In this document: positions 35,111 through 43,945 of the stretch, one piece after another
Numbering within the stretch: position 1 is the stretch's first letter
Layout of the letters: each line of letters opens with the position of its first letter
Assembly (NCBI GenBank): GCA_042584405.1
Contig: JBHOSR010000003.1
Span: forward strand, 1 to 61,720
Length of the DNA stretch: 61,720 nucleotides
Reading direction: 5' to 3'
Source: Bacteroidota bacterium
GTDB taxonomy: Bacteria > Bacteroidota > Bacteroidia > Bacteroidales > UBA12077
Notes under the pieces: generated by a model
Told to the model about the DNA's origin: nothing
The model's database searches: none
The model's input: only the letters and a program-made list of their open reading frames with translations
Translations under genes and position numbers: made by a program

Positions 35111-35227
35111 TATTATCGATTTTAAGTATCCCCAAATTCACTTTATGGATAAGTTTAAATTTCAAAAAATTCTAATTAAATTCTAGCCAATATTCTATTG
35201 GCTAATTAATTTTCATTTAAGTATTAA

Positions 35228-35605
35228 TTAGAAATTTGAAGGAGGTCCTCGATAATTTTGGAGTAAATAATAGTCGGATTTATAAATTCTTTCCTGAAGT
35301 ACTAAATTATTCCTTTCAGTAAGAATCTGAAATAATAGAAGTAATATAAACAATCCAACTAAAACTGGTAAAATTGTATTTGAAATTATATCATATAAAA
35401 CAAATTCAGATTTGCTATGCTCATGTGATGCAAAAGGATATGATGTATTATTATCTGTAGTTTTATTAAAAGGGTGAGCATGTGATATTACAAAACCGGT
35501 TGTTGATTGATGTAAATGACGATAGTAAACAGAATTAAAAAATAACCAGCTTATGGCAGGGAGTAAAATTAAAACAACTAATTTTTTATAAAAACTGTTT
35601 TTCAT
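35228..35605 (-). CDS. Small membrane protein with a His-rich loop (HLHQS..SHAHPF..SHEHSKSE).
   Basis: ORF track trimmed to the ATG at 35605. Two hydrophobic segments. No family recognised. Confidence 0.4.
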   Translation of the reverse strand: MKNSFYKKLVVLILLPAISWLFFNSVYYRHLHQSTTGFVISHAHPFNKTTDNNTSYPFASHEHSKSEFVLYDIISNTILPVLVGLFILLLLFQILTERNNLVLQERIYKSDYYLLQNYRGPPSNF

Positions 35606-35847
35606 TTTATAGGTTAATACAAGGCATTGCAAATATATAAATTCTTACTTAAAACAAGACTCATTTAGACTCTACAATATTATTAATATTAAATTTAGAA
35701 TAAGTTTAAACTATTTTAAATCAATTCTTTTTATGATCATTATTTTAATTTAAAACTATTATTTTTGTTTCGTTAATTAGTTAAACGAATCGTAATTAAT
35801 TCGGTCTTATGCACATTGAACAAATAACATAAATAAATCTTTAAACT

Positions 35848-37896
35848 ATGAAAAAATACTTAACGTTAATTCCCTTAATCTTTTTATTAATGATTACTCT
35901 ATTTATCTCTGGGTGCACAGAAAAGCCAATTCTGCAAGATGAAGAATTTCAATATCAAATTGATCGTTTCGGAGAAGTTCAAATCTTAAGATATCAGATT
36001 CCTGATTTTGAAAACCTGGATTTGCGCCAAAAGAAACTTTTATATTATTTAAGTGAAGCTGCGAAATGTGGGCGAGATATAACTTTCGACCAGAATTTTA
36101 AATACAATCTTTTCATAAGAAAAACTCTCGATGCAATTGTTACAACATACTCAGGTGACAAGGCAAGTGAGGATTTTGAGAAATTCATGATTTATACCAA
36201 AAAAGTGTGGTTTTCGAGAGGAATTCATCATCATTATTCAACCGACAAATTCCTACCTGAATTTAGCGAAGAGTATTTCAAAACTTTAGTTTTAAATTCT
36301 GATGCAGTAAAACTTCCATTAAAAGAAAATAAAACTGTTGACGAATTTATTTCTGAAATTACCCCAATTATGTACAGCCCTGATTTATATGCTAAAAAAG
36401 TAGCTTCTGAACAGGGAACAGATATTGTCGCCACATCTGCTACAAATTTTTACGAAGGTGTAACACAAGATGAAGTAACTAAATATTATGCTAAACAAAT
36501 TGATAAAAATGACCCTACTCCAATTAGCTATGGATTGAATACTAAAGTTGTTAAAGAAAAGGAAGAAGTAAAAGAAGTTGCATACGCTGTTGATGGAATG
36601 TATGGAGAAGCTATTTCAAAAATTATTTATTGGTTAGAAAAAGCTATTCCGGTAGCTGAAAATGGAAAGCAAGCAAAAGAATTTGAATTGCTTATTGAAT
36701 ATTATAAAACGGGTGATTTAGAAGTGTGGGACGAATATAATGTTCTCTGGGCTGGCAATACCGACGTAATAATTGATAATACAAATGGTTTCATTGAAGT
36801 ATATGACGATCCATTAGCTATGAAAGCTACCTGGGAAGCAGTTGTAAATGTTAAAAACGAAAAAGCAACTGAGTTAACTAAAATTATTGGCGAACAAGCT
36901 CAATGGTTCGAAGATCATTCTCCCGTTGATCCAAAATTCAAAAAAGAAAAAGTAACCGGGGTTTCTGCAAAAGTAATTGATGTTGTTCAATTAGGTGGCG
37001 CTTGTTACCCAACAGCTCCTCTTGGCATTAACCTTCCTAATGCAGATTGGATCAGAAAAGATCATGGTTCTAAATCGGTAACTTTAAAAAATATTGGGTT
37101 TGCATACGATCAGGTTGGGCGATCTGGTTACCTGGATGAATTCATCGAAATTGAAGAAGTAAAAGAAAGAATTAAAAAGTACGGTAATACCACAGGAATG
37201 TTACACACAGATTTACATGAAGTTGTAGGACATGGTAGTGGACAGTTATTACCAGGGACAGATCCTGGAGCATTAAAAGGTTATCAGACTCCTCTTGAAG
37301 AAGCTCGAGCTGATTTATTCGGACTGTATTATTTACCAGATATAAAACTTGTTGAACTTGAATTACTTCCTGATACTGAAGCTTACAAAGCCCAATACGA
37401 TTCATATATTTTAAATGGATTAATGGGACAGTTAGCTAGAATAAAATTAGGAAAGAATGTTGAACAAGCTCATATGCGTGGTCGCCAAATGATATCAAAG
37501 TGGGTATATGAAAAAGGTAAAGCAGAAAACATAATTGAAATGTACCAAAAAGATGGTAAAACGTTTATCCGAATAAACGATTATGGAAAGCTTCGCGTTC
37601 TTTTTAGTGAATTATTAGCCGAAATTCAACGTGTTAAATCTGAAGGTGATTATGATGCTGGTGAAAAATTAGTTGAAAACTATGGTGTAAAAATTAACCA
37701 GGAATTACATAAAGAATTATTGGAACGATATGCAAAATTAAACCGTGCTGTTTTTGCTGGATTTGTAAATCCGGAACTAGTTCCGGTTATAGAAAATGAT
37801 GATATAATTGATGTGAAAGTTGAATATCCCGATGATTATGCAAAACAAATGATCAAATACGGAGAAGAATATTCTTTTTTACCAATATATAACTAA
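35848..37896 (+). CDS. M49 family dipeptidyl-peptidase III (lipoprotein).
   Basis: HEVVGHGSGQ (HExxGH) and EEARADLFGLYY (EExRAE/D) zinc motifs. Lipobox ISGC. Confidence 0.85.
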   Translation: MKKYLTLIPLIFLLMITLFISGCTEKPILQDEEFQYQIDRFGEVQILRYQIPDFENLDLRQKKLLYYLSEAAKCGRDITFDQNFKYNLFIRKTLDAIVTTYSGDKASEDFEKFMIYTKKVWFSRGIHHHYSTDKFLPEFSEEYFKTLVLNSDAVKLPLKENKTVDEFISEITPIMYSPDLYAKKVASEQGTDIVATSATNFYEGVTQDEVTKYYAKQIDKNDPTPISYGLNTKVVKEKEEVKEVAYAVDGMYGEAISKIIYWLEKAIPVAENGKQAKEFELLIEYYKTGDLEVWDEYNVLWAGNTDVIIDNTNGFIEVYDDPLAMKATWEAVVNVKNEKATELTKIIGEQAQWFEDHSPVDPKFKKEKVTGVSAKVIDVVQLGGACYPTAPLGINLPNADWIRKDHGSKSVTLKNIGFAYDQVGRSGYLDEFIEIEEVKERIKKYGNTTGMLHTDLHEVVGHGSGQLLPGTDPGALKGYQTPLEEARADLFGLYYLPDIKLVELELLPDTEAYKAQYDSYILNGLMGQLARIKLGKNVEQAHMRGRQMISKWVYEKGKAENIIEMYQKDGKTFIRINDYGKLRVLFSELLAEIQRVKSEGDYDAGEKLVENYGVKINQELHKELLERYAKLNRAVFAGFVNPELVPVIENDDIIDVKVEYPDDYAKQMIKYGEEYSFLPIYN

Positions 37897-37900
37897 TATT

Positions 37901-37926
37901 AAAGGGTGGCGTGAGTCACCCTTTTT
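37901..37926 (+). terminator. Rho-independent terminator.
   Basis: AAAGGGTG-loop-CACCCTTTTT. Confidence 0.6.
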
Positions 37927-38052
37927 ATTGTTAAATCAAATCAGTCTAGGCAATTATAAAAATTATATTCGTTTAAAACATTATTTCTATATAAGTGTTT
38001 ATTAGATAATACTTATCTTAGCATATAATGTATCTAAAAAAAGTAAATTGTT

Positions 38053-38586
38053 ATGAAGACTAAACTAATAGTTCTTTTTACCATAAGTCTAATATCTGCT
38101 AAACTATATAGCCAAAATTTTAAAGTTGGAGATAAAGCACCTGATATTATTCAAAATTTAGTAACAGGTGAAGAATTTCAGTTATCTGAATTAAAAGGAA
38201 AAATGGTATTAATTGACTTTTGGGCTTCGTGGTGTAAACCATGTAGAAAGGAAAATCCACATATTGTTGAGGTTTATAATAAATATAAAGATGCAAGCTT
38301 TAAAAATGGCGAAGGATTTACTGTATTGAGCGTTTCATTAGATTTTAAACAAGAAATGTGGGAAAAAGCTATTGAGGCAGATCAGCTTGAATGGCCATAC
38401 CATGTAGGCGATTTAAAAGGATGGAAAAACTCTGCTGCGCTGCAATATAATGTAAAAAGTATACCAATCAGTTATTTAATTGATGGTGATGGTATTATTG
38501 TTGGTGTTGACTTAAGGGGAGACGATTTGGATTCGAAGTTAAAAAAACAACTTAAAAAAAAATCCTTATTTTCTTCACAGAATTAA
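38053..38586 (+). CDS. TlpA/AhpC-TSA family thiol:disulfide oxidoreductase.
   Basis: FWASWCKPC active site. Signal peptide. Confidence 0.8.
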   Translation: MKTKLIVLFTISLISAKLYSQNFKVGDKAPDIIQNLVTGEEFQLSELKGKMVLIDFWASWCKPCRKENPHIVEVYNKYKDASFKNGEGFTVLSVSLDFKQEMWEKAIEADQLEWPYHVGDLKGWKNSAALQYNVKSIPISYLIDGDGIIVGVDLRGDDLDSKLKKQLKKKSLFSSQN

Positions 38587-38610
38587 TCAAGCGTAATAAA
38601 TATAAAAATT

Positions 38611-38648
38611 AAAAGAGCCGGAATATTAACATTTTCCGGCTCTTTTTT
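38611..38648. terminator. Bidirectional terminator.
   Basis: AAAA-GAGCCGGA-12 nt loop-TCCGGCTC-TTTTTT. Confidence 0.7.
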
Positions 38649-38660
38649 ACTTCTTAATAT

Positions 38661-38987
38661 TTACTGTTTACTTAATTTCCTTGCTTCTTCTAATAAAGCT
38701 TGTAATCTTACAACCATATAGTCATCTCCATCAATAGAAACTGATTTTGTTGAACAATCCAAGGCTTCAATTAAATCAAGTAATCCCTGATCTGTATCAG
38801 GATAATTTATTCCATTATAAGTATAATAACAATTTGCACCATCAGTGCAACAAGCAGTAACTTCTACAGTATCATCACAGAATAAATCTTGTTCACATGC
38901 TTCCTTTGGATCATCTTCACAACTAGTATTAACAACAAATATAGCTCCAGTTAATACGAACGTTAAAATTAATAATAGCTTTTTCAT
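38661..38987 (-). CDS. Cys-rich small lipoprotein, unknown function.
   Basis: Signal plus lipobox (VNTSC). 9 Cys in the mature region. Confidence 0.45.
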   Translation of the reverse strand: MKKLLLILTFVLTGAIFVVNTSCEDDPKEACEQDLFCDDTVEVTACCTDGANCYYTYNGINYPDTDQGLLDLIEALDCSTKSVSIDGDDYMVVRLQALLEEARKLSKQ

Positions 38988-39006
38988 AATATTACATATT
39001 TTTAAA

Positions 39007-42000
39007 TTATCGGTTATTTTTATCTAAATATACTTTAGTGTCAAAATTAAACATTCCAGGATAAAATCTTAATTTTAACTTTGTTTCTTGTAACTTTATT
39101 TTATTTCTCATAGCTCTTTGTAGATCATCATTGTCAAAACCATATTTGGTTTTTCCGTCTAATTCAGAATATATAAGTTCTCGCATATTTCTATCATCCT
39201 TAAAATCGTCTTCTCCTGCTTTTCTTTCTTTTCTTTTTTGTTTCTTTGATTTACCGAACAATATATCACTTAGTTTTATTTCTAAATGATATTCATAATC
39301 TTCTCCTAAACTCTGCATTCCATATGCAGTAATATTTAATGCCGTACTTGAAATAAAAGTTTCAGGCACATAAATTGCATCTTTAAATACAAATATCGTA
39401 CTATTTAATGTTTTGAATTTAATGTTGTCGAGTTCATCAATACCTGTAAACTTAGAAAGATTTGTTGCTGGCTCAAAATCATATACACCACCATCATCAA
39501 GTGTTATTTCTCCTCTTACCCTCATATCTTTTTGAACAAGAGAATCTCCTATCATATTAAATCTACTATACAAATCTGTTGAAAATAACCCGCTTAAATT
39601 TTCAGATCTAATTGAAGGTTCATAAAATTCTTCAAAGTCATTAAAATCAGTCAACAACTTATTAATATCCATTTTATCAATAATATGATGTGTTTCAATA
39701 ACTGATTTATTATCGGGTTTAATCATATATTTTACAGAAGTGTTCATTAAGCCATCAAAAGCCTTAAATTTAAATTGATCAATAATATATACGCTATCCG
39801 TTATATTAAATAAAGTTGAAATATCATGAATAAAAACACTATCATATTTAAATGATTTAACCTTTGCAACACCTTTTACCAACATAGTATAATTTAAAGG
39901 ATCTGATTCAGGTTCCCTGCTTTCATTATCTGTTGATTGAGTCGAATCTGAAACCATGAATGGAGCAAACATAGAGTAATCTAAATTACCTAAACTAAGT
40001 CGGGTATTTATGGTTAATTGTTCTGCTTGATTCTTTATAACTGAATTATATAAATTTTCGATTTTTGTTGAGTCTATTCTAAATTCAATTCCTGCAAGTT
40101 TACCTTTCATTTTATTAATAGAAATCAACATGGGGCTCATTTGAAATTTCCCCGAAAAATCTTCCACTTTATACAAAGTATCATCTGGCATTTCAACAAA
40201 AATCTTATCAAAATCAATATTAAATGAACTGCTTGTAAACAATATATCCATTACCTGACCTGCAATAGAGTCAAGATTCACAGTTCCTGAAGACTGAATA
40301 TTACCAGATATTTTACCTCTTAGTTTTGTTAATAAAGTATCAGGAAGAGCAGGTTTTAACTCATCTAAGAATAGTTTTATGTTGGTGTTAATTTTATAAG
40401 TTGGATTTTCTAAATTATTTATCGATGCCGACCCTTTTATTTCTGACCTGTTTATCTCTATTTGATAAGATTTAAGCTCCAAACTCATTTCTGATATTTT
40501 ATTTATACTCCCGCTAAACTTAGTCTCCAATGAAGTGTTTTTTATGTAAATTTTATACGCTGGAACAGAAACATTTAGATCCTCAACTTTAAAATCACAT
40601 GGTTTATAAATGAATTTACCCGAAAAGTCCTTAATCGACAAGCTTGAATCCATATCAATATTGAAATTTCTTAGTTCTAAATTAGCAGAACTTTTAACCA
40701 AAATATAATCTACAAAATCATCTCCAATAGAATCTGGCAATTCACCTCTTGTTGATACACTCGCTTTAATATCTCCGTCAATATATTCTATAAGTGAGTC
40801 AGGTATAAAATCACTAAATTCTCCTACATTAACTTCCATATCTGTTTTTACATTATATTTTGGATGATCAATATCTAAGACTGAGAATGCAACATCGAAC
40901 TTACTTTTATCTGTTTCGAAATGGAAAGATGAAAAATCGGCTTGCGTAGATTGATTATTGCGTAGTATGCCATTAGTAACTCTTCCGTCAAACGAAACAT
41001 TTTTAAGTTCGGGGTAATCTGTTGTTACTATATTTCCATCACTAAAATTTATCTTTAAATCAACATGAGGCATTTCATTATCAGCATAAGAGCCTTTTAC
41101 CGTTGCATACAAGTCCAATTTGCCTGAAACATTATTTAATCCATATTCTTTTAATATTTCTTTTGGTGCATATTTAATTAACTCATCTATAATTAAATTG
41201 GTTCCCTGAAACTCAATATCGGTTTTAATTGCATCGCCAAGTATTACATTTCCTTTTATTTTTAACTCAGCTCCATCTGTATTTACTATTAGTTCCTTAA
41301 TGTTAATTGAATCATTTTCATAATCTACATCAAAATTAATTTCAGTTTCATTCATTAAATGCAAATTTGTTTCGCTAAAACTAGAATTGCTAAGCTTAAT
41401 TACACCTTTTGCTGATGTTATTATATTTATGCTATCAATTTTGGCTTTTATCTTTAGCTCTGGGATTACAAGCTTTGATGCAGCATTTAATTTTTTATCA
41501 ATATAATTACAGCTTATATTTTTCACTGAAATATCTGTTAAAGTCAAATTTAATGGTTTTGATGGCAAGGTATCCGTAACAACCGTATCTGTAGAATTAA
41601 TCAAAAAATCAATGTTTGTTGTTCCGCTTGTATCAACCTTATAATTAATATAGGCACCATCAATATTAACCTTCATGATTTCAAAATTTCCTTTCATCAA
41701 GGGTTTTGATTTTACCGATACATATATCTTTTTAATACTGATAATTGTATCAGGATTGTTTGTATTACTTGTATCACCTAACAGATTAGATTCATTTAAT
41801 AACACATTATTTAATTCAATAGTTGCTAATGGAAATTTTCGAAGTAGGTTAAATGAAACCTGACCAATTTTGACAGGAGCTTTAATGCTTTCACTTACTT
41901 TTTTAAGCGCTATATCGGTTATCTTATTTTCAGTTAATTTGGCAGTTACAGCTAATGCTACGATTAGTAAGATTAAAATAATAAAGAAATAAGTAATTAT

Positions 42001-42042
42001 CTTGATGATTTTTTTCATTCGAGTATAACGATTTGTGTCCAT
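39007..42042 (-). CDS. AsmA/TamB-like large envelope protein.
   Basis: Single N-terminal TM anchor followed by ~950 aa of beta-rich repetitive sequence. The true start is possibly M9 (MKKIIKI). Confidence 0.6.
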   Translation of the reverse strand: MDTNRYTRMKKIIKIITYFFIILILLIVALAVTAKLTENKITDIALKKVSESIKAPVKIGQVSFNLLRKFPLATIELNNVLLNESNLLGDTSNTNNPDTIISIKKIYVSVKSKPLMKGNFEIMKVNIDGAYINYKVDTSGTTNIDFLINSTDTVVTDTLPSKPLNLTLTDISVKNISCNYIDKKLNAASKLVIPELKIKAKIDSINIITSAKGVIKLSNSSFSETNLHLMNETEINFDVDYENDSINIKELIVNTDGAELKIKGNVILGDAIKTDIEFQGTNLIIDELIKYAPKEILKEYGLNNVSGKLDLYATVKGSYADNEMPHVDLKINFSDGNIVTTDYPELKNVSFDGRVTNGILRNNQSTQADFSSFHFETDKSKFDVAFSVLDIDHPKYNVKTDMEVNVGEFSDFIPDSLIEYIDGDIKASVSTRGELPDSIGDDFVDYILVKSSANLELRNFNIDMDSSLSIKDFSGKFIYKPCDFKVEDLNVSVPAYKIYIKNTSLETKFSGSINKISEMSLELKSYQIEINRSEIKGSASINNLENPTYKINTNIKLFLDELKPALPDTLLTKLRGKISGNIQSSGTVNLDSIAGQVMDILFTSSSFNIDFDKIFVEMPDDTLYKVEDFSGKFQMSPMLISINKMKGKLAGIEFRIDSTKIENLYNSVIKNQAEQLTINTRLSLGNLDYSMFAPFMVSDSTQSTDNESREPESDPLNYTMLVKGVAKVKSFKYDSVFIHDISTLFNITDSVYIIDQFKFKAFDGLMNTSVKYMIKPDNKSVIETHHIIDKMDINKLLTDFNDFEEFYEPSIRSENLSGLFSTDLYSRFNMIGDSLVQKDMRVRGEITLDDGGVYDFEPATNLSKFTGIDELDNIKFKTLNSTIFVFKDAIYVPETFISSTALNITAYGMQSLGEDYEYHLEIKLSDILFGKSKKQKRKERKAGEDDFKDDRNMRELIYSELDGKTKYGFDNDDLQRAMRNKIKLQETKLKLRFYPGMFNFDTKVYLDKNNR

Positions 42043-42177
42043 CTTATTTACTAACCGAAAATACCATTATTTAGTTTAACTAAAAACTCAAAATGAAGAA
42101 TTTTTTATTCTACATAGGTAACTAAGGTCATAAGATAAACAATTAATATACCAGAATATTTTGACTTGTTAAAGAAG

Positions 42178-43575
42178 CTATTCTAAACCATATTTATCAA
42201 CTAAGTATATTAAAGCTGCCATAGCCGCAGCTCCATTTTGCATTTCTTTTTTATCGACCTGATCAAAAGTGTCGTTTCCGCAATGGTGCCAATCAAAATA
42301 ATTCGTTGGATCTGTTAATAATCCTGATAGCGGCGTTCCCAGTTGTTTTAAGGGCCCAATATCAACTCCTCCTCCACCTTTTACAAAAAGATCAATATCA
42401 TATGGTTTAAACAAGTAGCTCCACTCATTTATTTTATTAATTTTTGTCTGTGACATATCAAAAGAAAATCCGGTTGGTTTTGTAACTCCACGATCACTTT
42501 CAATAGCAAAAATATGTCTCTCTCCTTTTCGTTTTGCTTCCTCTGCATATGCTCTACCACCACCTTGCGAAATCTCCTCGTCCATGTACATCACGGCTCT
42601 AATCGAATGCCGTGGCGTATATCCTATTTCTTTAAATATTCTTAATACTTCAATAGACTGCATGCAACCACCACCATCATCATGTGCACCCGGGCTATTA
42701 TCCCATGAATCTAAATGGCCTCCTACTACAATATATTTGTTTGGGAATTCAGATCCCTTAATTTGTCCAATGGCATTGTATGAAATAGTATCCGGTAGAT
42801 TTTTACAGCTTGTTTTAAAATAAAATTTAAGCGTAGGATCAGTTTTTAACATTTCACTAAGGAGATTAGCGTGTTGCGTTGCAATACAAATAGCAGGTAC
42901 GGTTTCTCCTTTCTCAGCTTTTCGTGTTGTTCCTGCATGCGGAAATTTATCAATTGAAGTAGTTAGTGATCTTATTACCGCACCAACAGCGCCGTATTCT
43001 GCAGCCAATATTGGTCCTGTAAATCTTTGTCCAGCAGCTTCACTATATGCCCTAAAAGTATTCTCTTTTGACGGGTCCATGGGCTTGTTGAAAAAAACAA
43101 TTTTACCCTTTATTTGCTCTTTCGTAAAACGGTTTAATCCCTCTAAATCATACACTTCAATTACTTCGGCTTCAAGGCCTTCTTTATCAGTTGCAATTCC
43201 TCTGCCTAAAGCACAAACATTAACAGGTATTATTTCGTCTTTAAATTTAATTTGGCCTATTTCCTCTTCGCCTCTCTTCCAATTCATGACTTGAGCTTCC
43301 TGTAAAAAAACTTTATCAAGCTCCATTTGTTCCATTATTTCTTTGGTCCAATTTGCAGCTTCTATTCCCTGAGGATAACATGCTAAGCGTTTAGGAAATC
43401 TTTCGGTTAAATACTGCAAATTTTTATATGCAACTAAACTTGAATTAGCAGACTCAAAAATTAATTTAATAACTTCTTCATCAGATTGTTTTTTAATGGA
43501 ATCGTTATTACACGAAAATAAAAAGAGCACTAAAGCTATCAAACCAAATATCTTTTTCATAATTGTTTTTTTCAT
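42178..43575 (-). CDS. M28 family metallo-aminopeptidase (lipoprotein).
   Basis: GGHLDSWDNSPGAHDDGGG and YMDEE motifs. Lipobox LFSC. Confidence 0.8.
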   Translation of the reverse strand: MKKTIMKKIFGLIALVLFLFSCNNDSIKKQSDEEVIKLIFESANSSLVAYKNLQYLTERFPKRLACYPQGIEAANWTKEIMEQMELDKVFLQEAQVMNWKRGEEEIGQIKFKDEIIPVNVCALGRGIATDKEGLEAEVIEVYDLEGLNRFTKEQIKGKIVFFNKPMDPSKENTFRAYSEAAGQRFTGPILAAEYGAVGAVIRSLTTSIDKFPHAGTTRKAEKGETVPAICIATQHANLLSEMLKTDPTLKFYFKTSCKNLPDTISYNAIGQIKGSEFPNKYIVVGGHLDSWDNSPGAHDDGGGCMQSIEVLRIFKEIGYTPRHSIRAVMYMDEEISQGGGRAYAEEAKRKGERHIFAIESDRGVTKPTGFSFDMSQTKINKINEWSYLFKPYDIDLFVKGGGGVDIGPLKQLGTPLSGLLTDPTNYFDWHHCGNDTFDQVDKKEMQNGAAAMAALIYLVDKYGLE

Positions 43576-43770
43576 TTTGACATAAGTATTACGAAAAAGA
43601 TTAATTGAAGTTCAATTTAAAATAAAAGAGCCAAAGGCTCTTTTAGGTTAAGACTAATAAATTAGAGTGTTTGGGTTAAGTTGAGTGTTAGACCAAGGGG
43701 CCTTTTTGTAATTTTATATTGAATAACCATGAAATTAACAAGCCGCAAAATAATAATCCTTTTTCTTTTA

Positions 43771-43840
43771 TTTTTTGATTGTCGACAAACGACAATTTCC
43801 TACCTACAAAAAGCAATTTGCTTTGAAATTTTTAGTTTTT
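43771..43840 (+). repeat. Intergenic element copy B, similar to 47148-47217 (core AAAAAGCAATTTGCT).
   Basis: Hand alignment: roughly 70 percent identity over ~65 nt with one gap. 14 of 15 core positions are identical. Confidence 0.4.
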
Positions 43841-43862
43841 AAAATTCTATAATATAAAATGT

Positions 43863-43896
43863 AAAAAAAAGAGTGCCAATAAATCGGCACTCTTTT
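43863..43896 (-). terminator. Rho-independent terminator of the T9SS peptidase gene.
   Basis: AAAAAAAA-AGAGTGCC-loop-GGCACTCT-TTTT. Confidence 0.7.
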
Positions 43897-43945
43897 GGTT
43901 TAGGTCAAATATTTGGGTTAATACCAAAGTATACGTTAATTAGAA

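Noticed and set aside
43729-43842. 37-aa ORF (MKLTSRKIIILFLLFFDCRQTTISYLQKAICFEIFSF) in the spacer between the M28 and C1 peptidase genes.
   Set aside because: It is short and low-complexity and has no terminator logic of its own. It overlaps the nucleotide-level repeat shared with 47148-47217, where no equivalent ORF exists, so the conservation is more likely at the DNA or RNA level.
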